Sequence record: NC_061440.1
Strand: one strand, 5' to 3'
Length of the DNA stretch: 64,000 nt
Positions 37,174 to 46,584 of this stretch are shown piece by piece. The position numbers and the translations under genes were made by a program. Under the pieces are notes generated by a model that saw only the letters and a list, made by a program, of their open reading frames with translations, was not told the DNA's origin and made no database searches. Every line of letters starts with the position of its first letter. The stretch's first letter is position 1.

Positions 37174-37749
37174 ATGGAACAGATTGATATGTTTGAAACG
37201 TATGGCCCACATGAGATCTCTGACTATACTCAACTTGAGTATGAGCGTCTGACCGGTGAGTACATAGCGAAATGTGACCGCAGAGTGCAGGCTGCCTTCG
37301 GTGACCCAATTCTTACGGCGGAGTTTCGGGAAAAATACCCGATGCTTGTGCCTGGCAAATTAAAGTTTCGTAAGAAGCTGGTTATGGTCCAGGAGTTCGT
37401 GCTCGTTACACACGACAAGCTCAAGGCGAGCCTGCTCAAGAAACAGGGCAACGTTCGGCAGACAGGTAATATCGATCCGCAGTACCTGATCAATGTGTAC
37501 AATCACACCGAGAAGGTAGCGTTGTTCCTGCGCGACTTTGAAGACTTCATGGAACACTTCATGAATGCCATTCACCTGTTTACGGTCGCAACTGTGTATG
37601 ACGGTCGTCTGTTAGTCTTTGCAGAGAATGGTGATCCGCTTGTCTCCTCAGAGGAAACGTTGGCGATGCTCACCGAGATTGAGCACTTCATCAACCGCAG
37701 CAAAGTGTATCGCGTACACTCACAACACGCCATCTACCGTACAATCTAA
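37174..37749 (+). CDS. Hypothetical protein
   Basis: ORF. Confidence 0.75.
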   Translation: MEQIDMFETYGPHEISDYTQLEYERLTGEYIAKCDRRVQAAFGDPILTAEFREKYPMLVPGKLKFRKKLVMVQEFVLVTHDKLKASLLKKQGNVRQTGNIDPQYLINVYNHTEKVALFLRDFEDFMEHFMNAIHLFTVATVYDGRLLVFAENGDPLVSSEETLAMLTEIEHFINRSKVYRVHSQHAIYRTI

Positions 37750-37796
37750 TCCATCAATCACGGCGGCGCTCACGGGCGCTGCATAGGAGAAACATT

Positions 37797-39233
37797 ATGT
37801 CATTCGATCTTCGTCAAAACTTACTGCTTGTTCGTGACGCTACCTTGACAGGCAAGCCGCTGTTTTATTTCTACAACGCCATGGGGCGTGAGATGGTCCT
37901 CACTGGCGATGTGCTGCGTGAAATCATTGATCGTCAGAAAGAAGGTACGCTCTGCACTAACACTTACTGGGGTTTCGCTTCTGACCCTACGCTGGAAGTT
38001 TGGTCGTTCGACGATAACAATGACCTAATGCTTCATCATCACGTAGGCAAGTCCTGCAAAACGTTCCTGCCGTATGAGATGATTGAGAGTGCGCATGAAG
38101 GCTTCAAGCCAATCAATGGTCTGTTCATCGAAGACAGCCTGCGCCGTATCATCCGTATTCATCTCAAGGCAACGTGCCGCGAAGAACAAAAGATCACTTG
38201 GTTCGCCGATCTGCCTGAGCCTGAAATGCGTAGTATGTTGCTATCTCTCGGTGTTGGTCCTATGCGTGTATCGCGTGAAGACAAAGAAGGTCTGATCAAA
38301 CTTCATGACCGCTGGCTCGAAGACTTCGACGACAAATACAAGTACACGCACAACGCAATCGGCTTGGACGACAACGAAAAAATTCCTGCTGACTATCGCC
38401 CTGAACGCATTCGTGATATTACGAAGCGCACTATGTCTAACGGTAAGACTCAGGAAATGATGGACCAAACTCTGAATGACCTGTTGCGTCAGTGTCGTAT
38501 TCGCGGTGATATCCCACATCCTGGTCGTAACTTCAATCGCTACCAGTTGACATGCTATTACGCAACGCATTTGATCTTTGCGCAAGATGCGAAAGAGAAA
38601 ATGGTTGAACTGATCGATAATCCGCAATTCGTGGTCAACTTTATTTATGGTTGGTATCCGGACTACACATGGATTACGATCAACGAAGAAACGTTCGAGT
38701 ATCAGCGGTCTCTGGTACGTGCCGCGCTGATCAGTTTGCAGCGTAATGTACAGAATGAAGTAAGTGTGTACAAGATCGATCATGGTATGGTTACGTTCGC
38801 AGATAACTTTGACCCACATGCAGACGAAGAACCAGAAGATGACGGTCGGGTGGATGACGAAGAAGACGAGATTGAAAATGAACCTGAGCAGGAACGTGTG
38901 CCTCTGCCACGTAAATTCCCGGTGATGTTGCATCATAACCGCATCGACCACGATGTTATTCGTCGCTCTTTGGTTCAGATGAAGATCATTGCGAGCCAGA
39001 GCGCTCTCAATAAACTGTTTAAGAAAGACGGTTTGACCGTTGCCCAGCAACACGCAGCATATCGTACAATGCTGAAAAATGTTGTTCTGGATCCAGCACG
39101 GGACGTACTGAGCAAGCTGTCTGATTCGTCTTTATGTGCGCTGGCCATGAGCCTGACTAAGCTGAAAGACGGTGATGGCTATCCTCGTGACAATGCGTAC
39201 CTGAAAGAACTAATTAAACACGCGGTCAAGTGA
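37797..39233 (+). CDS. Hypothetical protein (478 aa)
   Basis: AGGAG RBS. Confidence 0.8.
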   Translation: MSFDLRQNLLLVRDATLTGKPLFYFYNAMGREMVLTGDVLREIIDRQKEGTLCTNTYWGFASDPTLEVWSFDDNNDLMLHHHVGKSCKTFLPYEMIESAHEGFKPINGLFIEDSLRRIIRIHLKATCREEQKITWFADLPEPEMRSMLLSLGVGPMRVSREDKEGLIKLHDRWLEDFDDKYKYTHNAIGLDDNEKIPADYRPERIRDITKRTMSNGKTQEMMDQTLNDLLRQCRIRGDIPHPGRNFNRYQLTCYYATHLIFAQDAKEKMVELIDNPQFVVNFIYGWYPDYTWITINEETFEYQRSLVRAALISLQRNVQNEVSVYKIDHGMVTFADNFDPHADEEPEDDGRVDDEEDEIENEPEQERVPLPRKFPVMLHHNRIDHDVIRRSLVQMKIIASQSALNKLFKKDGLTVAQQHAAYRTMLKNVVLDPARDVLSKLSDSSLCALAMSLTKLKDGDGYPRDNAYLKELIKHAVK

Positions 39234-39267
39234 ATCGTAAACATACCTATCATTGAAGGGAAACAAA

Positions 39268-39690
39268 ATGCAATTCGAACAAAACATTCTGGTAGTTAAT
39301 CGTGTGGCTCTTATCATGGGCGATGACCTCGTAGCTAAATGGGGTGAAGCTGCAAACGCCAATCGTGATCAGGCTGCGTATGCGACCATCGTTATTCTGT
39401 CTCGTCTTCAACAAAAGGTTATTGCTGCCCTTGCTGCGGAAAACCCAGAAGCCTGCTGCCGTCCTGATTTGCTTTGGACCGACTACGGTTCAATCTCAAC
39501 ATCAGGCCTGTTTGTCATTGCTTCCTCTGCGGACCGTGAAGTGTTGAATCACTTCGAAGACCACGACTACCTGAACCATCTGCACACAATCAAACGTGTT
39601 GCCGAGGAGAATGGATTCACGTTAACCGTTACGCCAGTGAAGCACTTATTCCCATTCGCTAACACTGAAATTCCAGCTAACATGAAATGA
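39268..39690 (+). CDS. Hypothetical protein
   Basis: ORF. Confidence 0.75.
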   Translation: MQFEQNILVVNRVALIMGDDLVAKWGEAANANRDQAAYATIVILSRLQQKVIAALAAENPEACCRPDLLWTDYGSISTSGLFVIASSADREVLNHFEDHDYLNHLHTIKRVAEENGFTLTVTPVKHLFPFANTEIPANMK

Positions 39691-39698
39691 GGTGACCT

Positions 39699-39998
39699 AT
39701 GCCACGCGAACAAATTCTGATGAATGACGTTGCTATCGTCCTGACCATGAGCGAACGTCGTGCGTTCTTGGGACCTAAAGCTGATGGCTTCGTGTACCTG
39801 CCGTCGAAAGAAGCTCTCACGAAGTTTGAGGCTCATATCAAACGTTATGGTAGTCGTGATGAGTATGCGTTCATCGAGCACCGCGAACTGCACTCTATAA
39901 ACTCTGAGGGCATCGTTGCTCTTGCTCATGAAGTAGAGACTGACTCTGAGCGCCCGTGGCTGTGGACGAAAGAAGACTTCCGCGTTAAGCTCTGGTAA
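39699..39998 (+). CDS. Hypothetical protein
   Basis: GAGGT RBS. Confidence 0.75.
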   Translation: MPREQILMNDVAIVLTMSERRAFLGPKADGFVYLPSKEALTKFEAHIKRYGSRDEYAFIEHRELHSINSEGIVALAHEVETDSERPWLWTKEDFRVKLW

Positions 39999-40051
39999 GC
40001 ATAAAACTGGCTAAAATCGTGGTATCAATTTAAGCCCGACTGTGATATACT
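39999..40051 (+). promoter_or_regulatory. Promoter: GCA-N7-GG box plus extended -10
   Basis: GCATAAAACTGGCTAAAAT ... TGATATACT. Confidence 0.8.
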
Positions 40052-40083
40052 AAAAGCGTAGCGATGCTGCGCTTTTTCACTTA

Positions 40084-40097
40084 TGTCTGAGGAGACA
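40084..40097 (+). promoter_or_regulatory. SD hairpin TGTCT-GAGG-AGACA
   Basis: Before ATG 40102. Confidence 0.8.
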
Positions 40098-40101
40098 ACA
40101 A

Positions 40102-40566
40102 ATGATTGAAGAAATCAAACCCACCATGTCGGATATTGAATTGCAGGACCAGATGATCGATGCGGCTGCCCAGAAGCTGATTGAACTGAAACCTGAATGG
40201 GTGGACGTTTGTGTGGCTGCACTTCGTTTATATCTGACCGTGTGTGAAGAAATTGGCGGTCCTATTCCAGAACTGCGTTTCGTCCACAACTCCAAGCCGT
40301 GCCGCCTTCAATTCAATTTGAAAGAGTCGGTGGAAGGTGCCGAGTTCGTGGCGAACGAAATCGACAAAGACAAGCAGATGGCTATTGTCGATGAAATGTT
40401 GAAAACTGCCGAAGCGTGTCCGAACGGCCACTCGATGTTGGACTTCGCTATTTGCTCTGGACGCCTGTTCATGATTGGTTATGATGGCCTTGCTGGTACG
40501 CTCGATAAGATTTGCTTCTGTGCCAACAAGAAAAACTATTCCATGACTCTGGTTAAAGGTGAATAA
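40102..40566 (+). CDS. Hypothetical protein
   Basis: ORF. Confidence 0.8.
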   Translation: MIEEIKPTMSDIELQDQMIDAAAQKLIELKPEWVDVCVAALRLYLTVCEEIGGPIPELRFVHNSKPCRLQFNLKESVEGAEFVANEIDKDKQMAIVDEMLKTAEACPNGHSMLDFAICSGRLFMIGYDGLAGTLDKICFCANKKNYSMTLVKGE

Positions 40567-40567
40567 C

Positions 40568-41254
40568 ATGAAACCTGACTACACTCTGCTGAAACGTAGT
40601 AAGACGCACGAAGATGTTTTCGCTTTCGTGTTTGACAGCGAGTTGCTTGTTCAATTCAAAGCTGTCCAGTTGCATAAAGCTCTGACCGAAACGCTCAAAG
40701 CAAACTGCATCAATGAAGTCGATATCCTGTGGCGTGACGGTACGCGTACGGTCCAACAACTGGTTGTGCATCATACGCGTGAGTTCGTACAGTTCGACAC
40801 TATCGTCCACAACTACAGCGTGTGCCTGATGCTTCGCGCACAAGGCGTTGGTCATTCGCTCGCTGTGCCTGTCGATGTTCGTTCTATGTATGACGCCGAC
40901 GGCCCGATGATCAGTGAGATTCGCATTGATAGTGAAACAGTCGCTGATCTGATGCGTCACATTAAAGCCACGCCATACATTGATCCAGAAGAAGATGACG
41001 ATGTTGGCGATATGGATGAAGATGATGATTGGGATGACGATGATGATCTCGATCAGACCGAGTTCCACGATATCGAAACAGAATCTATCGCCGATAACAA
41101 ATTGCAGGTCGGCGATTGGGGATATCGCGCACACGACTGGGCGGTCACTTTGACCGATGAACAGGTAGACCGCATTCACTTCCTCGAAGTTGGCATTGAC
41201 CCTGACATTGAACTGCCTATTGCAGATGATGCTAAGAAGGACGCATTCTTCTAA
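40568..41254 (+). CDS. Hypothetical protein with an acidic tract
   Basis: ORF (alternative GTG start at 40559). Confidence 0.75.
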   Translation: MKPDYTLLKRSKTHEDVFAFVFDSELLVQFKAVQLHKALTETLKANCINEVDILWRDGTRTVQQLVVHHTREFVQFDTIVHNYSVCLMLRAQGVGHSLAVPVDVRSMYDADGPMISEIRIDSETVADLMRHIKATPYIDPEEDDDVGDMDEDDDWDDDDDLDQTEFHDIETESIADNKLQVGDWGYRAHDWAVTLTDEQVDRIHFLEVGIDPDIELPIADDAKKDAFF

Positions 41255-41445
41255 TGAAAACGATTAACGAACAGGTCAACGAATTGAAACAGCGCGGCGT
41301 GCTTATCATCGAAGAACACCAGAAGCATACGCTGCCAGATTTGACCTTCACGCTTGACTGCATGTGTCTGCCGCATACTAAGCGTGAAGTAGAGACAACC
41401 ACGCGCGGCCGCGTTGTTAAAATTCGCCTGACAAACATTCACTAA
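41254..41445 (+). CDS. Hypothetical protein
   Basis: TAATG coupling. Confidence 0.6.
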   Translation: MKTINEQVNELKQRGVLIIEEHQKHTLPDLTFTLDCMCLPHTKREVETTTRGRVVKIRLTNIH

Positions 41446-41458
41446 CTTTTGTGGTCTT

Positions 41459-41533
41459 GGCCCGCCCGTCCAGAAATGCTCACCCCCAATGAGGTGTCTC
41501 GCGCAGAGGCATGACGGTCACCGGGTCCTTTTT
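41459..41533 (+). ncRNA. Candidate structured RNA
   Basis: Nested stems GGCCCG/CGGGTC, CCGTC/GACGG, ATGC/GCAT, CACC/GGTG, followed by T5. Confidence 0.35.
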
Positions 41534-41572
41534 AGAGCGCACTACTGAGTACGCTGTACAAAGCAAACAACA

Positions 41573-41586
41573 AACAGGAGGCTGTT
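41573..41586 (+). promoter_or_regulatory. SD hairpin AACAG-GAGG-CTGTT
   Basis: Before ATG 41589. Confidence 0.75.
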
Positions 41587-41588
41587 AC

Positions 41589-41933
41589 ATGCGTTTTAAC
41601 GAAGTATCGAAAGAAGCACAGGTTGCGTTAATGTCTAGCGCACTTGCGGGAGTAATCGAAGCATTCACCCGCGACGAAGACGATGAAGGCCGTAAGATTC
41701 TCGTCATGGCCCTCAAGCAAGTAGGCCTGACGGTAGATGAGTTCGGCGCGCTTATCTCTGACCTGTCTCCAGAAGTTGAACTTGAGATCGTTCGCGTTAT
41801 GGAAGCTGCTGATGCCGAAGCAGATGAAGAGGACGAAGACAGCGAACTCACCACGATGGAGGAGCGCCCTGGCAACCTAAATGATGCGCCTAACATTAAC
41901 GCTGATGGCTGGGAGAACCTCAAAGATGAGTAG
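41589..41933 (+). CDS. Acidic hypothetical protein
   Basis: ORF. Confidence 0.75.
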   Translation: MRFNEVSKEAQVALMSSALAGVIEAFTRDEDDEGRKILVMALKQVGLTVDEFGALISDLSPEVELEIVRVMEAADAEADEEDEDSELTTMEERPGNLNDAPNINADGWENLKDE

Positions 41934-42129
41934 TCAAGATGATGTGAATGGTAGAATTGCTGCGGCCGACGAGCAACGTCAGAAAGAGCGTGAATCACGC
42001 TATGATGATTGGTCGATCGACGACCTGCGTGATGCTCTGCTTGAGAATGGTCTTGTATTTGACGGTGAAGACGTAGACGACTACAGCCGCGCAGACTGTA
42101 TCAGACTGTTACTGGCTGATGGGTTCTAA
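41926..42129 (+). CDS. Small protein with an HeH-like module
   Basis: DWSIDDLRDALLENGL..DYSRADCIRLL. Confidence 0.7.
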   Translation: MSSQDDVNGRIAAADEQRQKERESRYDDWSIDDLRDALLENGLVFDGEDVDDYSRADCIRLLLADGF

Positions 42130-42182
42130 GCACAAAACTGGACAAAATCGTGGTTGTCTCAAATAGCTGCCTGAACTATACT
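42130..42182 (+). promoter_or_regulatory. Promoter: GCA-N7-GG box, -35 TTGTCT, -10 TATACT
   Basis: GCACAAAACTGGACAAAATCGTGGTTGT, shared almost exactly with 43143. Confidence 0.8.
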
Positions 42183-42188
42183 ATATAG

Positions 42189-42366
42189 ACAGCGAGACAA
42201 CTATCTCTCTGTATGCCTTTGTTACTGCTTGACCGTGTGTTTTTCGATTTTCCCGGACACACGGTCCTTTTTAAAGTGGACTTCGCTGAGGTTCCTTTAA
42301 AAAGGGTTCGATACCCTTTGAGCGCGTCGGGCTTTACGCGGTTTCCGCCTTACGTGCTCTCATGCT
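42189..42366 (+). ncRNA. Candidate sRNA or structured leader with a T-loop-like hairpin
   Basis: 10-bp stem GACCGTGTGT/ACACACGGTC plus T run; AAGGG-TTCGATA-CCCTT. Confidence 0.45.
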
Positions 42367-42386
42367 AAACCGCAAAGGAAATTGAA

Positions 42387-43094
42387 ATGCCTACTACTTC
42401 ACGTCCTAAGACAGAAGACAAGTTCTCCCGTGCTCGCGCCGCTAAAAACTCACCTGAGCGTCAGGCCGCGGCCGCTAAGAAAACGCCACGAGGTCCTTCC
42501 TCGGTTCGTCCTAAATCAACGGCAGATCGTGAGCCTAAGATTCGTGACGAGGAGCGTGTGTACAATCTCGTACATGCAATTCTGAGCGCGTGGAAAGCTG
42601 ATGTGGGACATGCCGAAAACACGGCAGCATCTGCTGGTATCATCAAAGTGTCTCGTCGTAAAATTGAAGGTGCCTTGCGTGACCTCAAGAATACACGCTT
42701 CACTAAAATCCCGACGCTCATTAATGACGTCCTCGTGTATAACGAAGTCTGCAATGAGTTCGGGCAGTGGGTGTACGTTGAGCATGACAGTCCTGATTGG
42801 ATTTTCGTGCGTCTGCCTGAAAACAGCACACCCGTGCTTCGTGCTGATATCAGTTACAACAAGACTGACGAAAGGTCTGCGTCTATCACAACGTCCAGTG
42901 AAGCACTCATGGAAACGTTCGATGACAATGACGACGAAATCGAGATTCTCGAATGTAACGATCAAGATATTGAAGATCTCGAATCTGCTGAGATGCGCAA
43001 GCGTCTGGTAGATGCGCAAATCATCAAACCTGAAGCTGCTGCCAAGCTGCAACGCCCAGACTTAATGAAGCTCTGCGCGTACTACGGCAAGTAA
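42387..43094 (+). CDS. Hypothetical protein: basic N-terminus, C-terminal HeH-like module
   Basis: AAGGA RBS. Confidence 0.8.
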   Translation: MPTTSRPKTEDKFSRARAAKNSPERQAAAAKKTPRGPSSVRPKSTADREPKIRDEERVYNLVHAILSAWKADVGHAENTAASAGIIKVSRRKIEGALRDLKNTRFTKIPTLINDVLVYNEVCNEFGQWVYVEHDSPDWIFVRLPENSTPVLRADISYNKTDERSASITTSSEALMETFDDNDDEIEILECNDQDIEDLESAEMRKRLVDAQIIKPEAAAKLQRPDLMKLCAYYGK

Positions 43095-43142
43095 GCAATA
43101 ATGAGCAGGCAGTGTAGTAGCTGCCTGCTATCTGCGAAGTAT

Positions 43143-43196
43143 GCAGAAAACTGGACAAAATCGTGGTTGTTATCTGAAAGCAACCTATGCTATACT
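43143..43196 (+). promoter_or_regulatory. Promoter: GCA-N7-GG box plus extended -10
   Basis: GCAGAAAACTGGACAAAAT ... TGCTATACT. Confidence 0.8.
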
Positions 43197-43239
43197 TAAT
43201 GCAGACGCAATATCGCGTCGGCAAGCAAATCAAACAACA

Positions 43240-43255
43240 AATACTGAGGAGTATT
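43240..43255 (+). promoter_or_regulatory. SD hairpin AATACT-GAGG-AGTATT
   Basis: Before ATG 43260. Confidence 0.85.
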
Positions 43256-43259
43256 AATC

Positions 43260-44870
43260 ATGGCACGTCTGGAAACTAACACTAACCTGGTTGGCAAAAC
43301 TATCGTCCTGCTGAACGGCACCAAATCTAAAATCGAAGATGCAATCGCGTCTGGTTATAAAGTGAAGGGCCAGTCAAAACGTATCGCCACCCGCTGCGTC
43401 ATCAAAGAAGGTTCTCACTTCCGCGAAATTGAGCGCATGAACATGAGCCAGCTGGAAGATACTGGCGAAGGTTACGTTAAACTGAAAGATGCTAAAGCGT
43501 CGGGTAAGAAAGCTGGCGCCAAAGAGAAAGAGCCGAAAGCGTCTGGCAAGAAGACTGGCAGCAAAGCTACTGCCAAAGAGAAAGAGCCGAAAGTTCGTCG
43601 TAAGTCTTCTAAAGAGCAAGGCGATGAGTATCAGGCTCTGGCGAAAGAAATCATCAAAGGCGGCAAACGTGCTGCGCCAGTTGAAATCGACGAGATCGAT
43701 GGCGACCTGACTGATACTGTTGCTCAACGTCTGGTGGACGTGCTGAACAATACCGAAATCGCCAAGCTGTGCGCTGACAACAAAACGCCGATCGCTAACG
43801 CTATCGAAGTTGCTTACGGCGCTGAGTTCGCACCTGAAACAAACGTCATGCAAATCACGCTGAGCCTGCAATACGCGAAGCCTGTTAAAACGCAGTCATC
43901 TTCTACGCTGGAAAACGCCGATGCAATCGCGGCCCGTGCTAAGAAAATGATCGCGCCTAAGCTGTCTAAGAAACTCGCTAAGGCGATTCGTGAAGCGTTC
44001 GGTCTGGAAGACGCCGCCGAGCTTGAAGCTGGTACCGTGTTGTTGTCTGATGGCGCTGAGTTCGTCTTCTGCGGCGAGAGCGCGAAGCACCTCGGCAAAG
44101 CGTTGCTGTATGTTGTAGAGACCGACAAGTTCAAATCTGTTGTAGGCTCTGCGCTGGCTGATTACGAAATTGGTCAAGAAGAGGAAGAGGAAGAGGAAGA
44201 AGAAGACTTCGAGGAAGAAGAGTCTGAGGAAGAAGAAGAGGAAGAGGAAGAAGAAGAGGAGGAAGAAGACGGCGAAGAAGAAGACGGCGAAGAAGAAGAC
44301 GGCGAGTCTGACGATACTGAATACCAGTATGTGGCCGTGACCAAAGATCATACCAACATGATCAACAAGAAAGTCACCGCTAAGTATCACGCCGCGCTGG
44401 CTGAACGCTTCAACACAACCGAAGAAGCTCTGGTCCCTGGCCTCGTGTTGACTGACGGGGAAACAACGTTCGCTTACCTGGGCTGTGATAGCAAAGGTGG
44501 TCTGCTGGTCATCGACGTTGAGGCTGAGGAGAACGAAGAAGACGTTCTGCTGTACAGCAAAGCCGATATCAAAGAACTGACCGACTTCAATCCTGTGCTG
44601 GATGACGTAGAAGGCGCTGCTGATGATGAAGGCGAAGAAGAAGACGGCGAAGAAGATCTGGACGAAGAAGACGGCGAAGAAGATCTGGACGAAGAAGACG
44701 GCGAAGAAGAAGAAGACGACGAAGACTTCGACTTCGATGATGTTCCTGCCGTTGACTTGAAAGATCTGTCCGAAGACGAACTGCGTGACCGTGTCGTTGA
44801 AGCCGGCCTGACCACCGTGCGTAAAGCTGACAAAATGAACGCGGCTCAACTGCGCAAGCTCCTGAAATAA
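43260..44870 (+). CDS. Multidomain protein with poly-Glu tracts and a C-terminal HeH-like module (536 aa)
   Basis: Long E/D runs, internal duplicated domain. Confidence 0.85.
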   Translation: MARLETNTNLVGKTIVLLNGTKSKIEDAIASGYKVKGQSKRIATRCVIKEGSHFREIERMNMSQLEDTGEGYVKLKDAKASGKKAGAKEKEPKASGKKTGSKATAKEKEPKVRRKSSKEQGDEYQALAKEIIKGGKRAAPVEIDEIDGDLTDTVAQRLVDVLNNTEIAKLCADNKTPIANAIEVAYGAEFAPETNVMQITLSLQYAKPVKTQSSSTLENADAIAARAKKMIAPKLSKKLAKAIREAFGLEDAAELEAGTVLLSDGAEFVFCGESAKHLGKALLYVVETDKFKSVVGSALADYEIGQEEEEEEEEEDFEEEESEEEEEEEEEEEEEEDGEEEDGEEEDGESDDTEYQYVAVTKDHTNMINKKVTAKYHAALAERFNTTEEALVPGLVLTDGETTFAYLGCDSKGGLLVIDVEAEENEEDVLLYSKADIKELTDFNPVLDDVEGAADDEGEEEDGEEDLDEEDGEEDLDEEDGEEEEDDEDFDFDDVPAVDLKDLSEDELRDRVVEAGLTTVRKADKMNAAQLRKLLK

Positions 44871-44935
44871 ACCTGTAGTATCGCAACACTGAATAATGTA
44901 CGCCTCAGACAGGGGCGTACATCTGACAACTAAGC

Positions 44936-44949
44936 TGATTGAGGAATCA
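44936..44949 (+). promoter_or_regulatory. SD hairpin TGATT-GAGG-AATCA
   Basis: Before ATG 44954. Confidence 0.8.
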
Positions 44950-44953
44950 CACT

Positions 44954-46204
44954 ATGTCAAACGCAAACAAAATTCTGCTTAACGCCCGTGTTCGTCGTAC
45001 TGATGGCACCATCACTTACATCAACAAAGTAAACGCTAACGGTTATAGCACCGACGCGAAAGGTCCTCAAATCCCTGTGAAGCGCATTGTCTTTGCAGGC
45101 AAGATGTTGAAAGAGATTGCGGAGCCGTTCGCAAAAGGCGAGTACGTGATTGTGCAGGGTGTCGCTGTGAAGTTGAACAAGCGCCAGCAACGTGAACTGG
45201 CTGATGGTACTCTCGACGAGAAAGCGCTGCGTCCTGAGTTTGGCCGTTTGGCTATCATCGACCCTGAAACAGGCAAAGCAACTGACGGCAAGAAAGTGAA
45301 GCCGAAAGCTGATAAGAAAGACGGCGGCCTGAAAGCTACGCGCAAGCATAGCGGCGATACCAGCACGAAGAAAGAGCGCAAAGCTGAGAAGGCGAATCTG
45401 AAAGACGACCTTGACTTCATTCAGTCAGACAAGATTGACCGTAAAGCTGAACTTGTCAAGCTCCTCGACGGCTCTATCGCTGACGCGAATACGAAAGAGC
45501 GCCGTAAGCAATTGTCCGAAGCGTTTGACATGGACTGGAAAGATCTTAAAAAACACGGCGGTAAAGGTGTTGTCAAACATCTTGGTCGCAAGGCCGCACA
45601 AAGCGCCGTTGACCGTCTGTCTGCTACGCTGACGCAAGACGCATTCATCAAACAAATGCCGGCTGAGTTGAAGCGCCTGATTCAAGATCGTCGTCTGGTT
45701 CTGAATAAGCGCCAGATTGAAGCTGTACTCTCTGCATTGGGTCTGGACGTTAAGTTCTACGCCATCGCAATGCAAACGCTGCTGGGTAACCTGTCGCTCG
45801 CTGTAGACGACACGGCCGTGAATCCCAAAGCAGGTAAGAAAGCAAAGAAGCGCAAACCAGCAAAGCCTGAGTATGCGTCCGATAAAGAAATAAAGCGCCG
45901 TATCAAAAAGATGAAAGTCAGTTTGATCATGCCTCCTAAGAGCGAAATCAAAACGGCTAAAGCCCACTTGAAACAGGCGAAAGCCATTCTCGCCGACAAG
46001 CTGGGTATCTCGTCGAAAGATATCAAGCGTGGCCTGATCGTGCACCACAAGAACGGCGTTGACTACATGTTCGTTGCGTGTGACCTGCGCGGACCAATCT
46101 TCATCGACAAAGATGGCGATCCGTCTGTGTATACCTACGCCAACCTCGAATCGACTTTCGACTTCACGCTGGCGAAATCTTCTGAGCTGGATGAGGCTGT
46201 ATGA
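44954..46204 (+). CDS. Lys-rich protein sharing domains with ORF 43260
   Basis: Homologous N-terminal and C-terminal segments. Confidence 0.85.
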   Translation: MSNANKILLNARVRRTDGTITYINKVNANGYSTDAKGPQIPVKRIVFAGKMLKEIAEPFAKGEYVIVQGVAVKLNKRQQRELADGTLDEKALRPEFGRLAIIDPETGKATDGKKVKPKADKKDGGLKATRKHSGDTSTKKERKAEKANLKDDLDFIQSDKIDRKAELVKLLDGSIADANTKERRKQLSEAFDMDWKDLKKHGGKGVVKHLGRKAAQSAVDRLSATLTQDAFIKQMPAELKRLIQDRRLVLNKRQIEAVLSALGLDVKFYAIAMQTLLGNLSLAVDDTAVNPKAGKKAKKRKPAKPEYASDKEIKRRIKKMKVSLIMPPKSEIKTAKAHLKQAKAILADKLGISSKDIKRGLIVHHKNGVDYMFVACDLRGPIFIDKDGDPSVYTYANLESTFDFTLAKSSELDEAV

Positions 46205-46584
46205 CAAATAACGAAATACTCCTGTCTGGTATGTTTGCTCAACTGTATGCGCGGCTGGTAACGGCCGCAATACTGAAAACGCATGTGTTCTATTCTGACT
46301 TGGCTCCGATAGTATTCGGCATCCAACTGTCCGAAGTGAGCACTGCGCAATATGACGCTCTGTGGAGTTTAGTAGCGACTTCCATGAGCGTCGATATCTC
46401 GCACGGAAGAGCACCGCTTGCTGCGCTCTATGTGTCGCGGTCATCTGATGATAAGAAGCCGAGTCGCAAGTTCTTCCGTGAGTATCACAAGATTACAGGC
46501 AAGCATCTGTCGGACAAAGAGTGGCAAGCACTCGTCCAGCAGGTGTACACTCAATACGAATCAAATCTCCGAGAGCCATCATGA
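46201..46584 (+). CDS. Hypothetical protein
   Basis: ATGA coupling. Confidence 0.7.
   Translation: MTNNEILLSGMFAQLYARLVTAAILKTHVFYSDLAPIVFGIQLSEVSTAQYDALWSLVATSMSVDISHGRAPLAALYVSRSSDDKKPSRKFFREYHKITGKHLSDKEWQALVQQVYTQYESNLREPS

Noticed and set aside
42301-42320. tRNA gene suggested by GGTTCGATACC
   Set aside because: No matching acceptor stem, D arm or anticodon arm; kept only as a T-loop-like hairpin.
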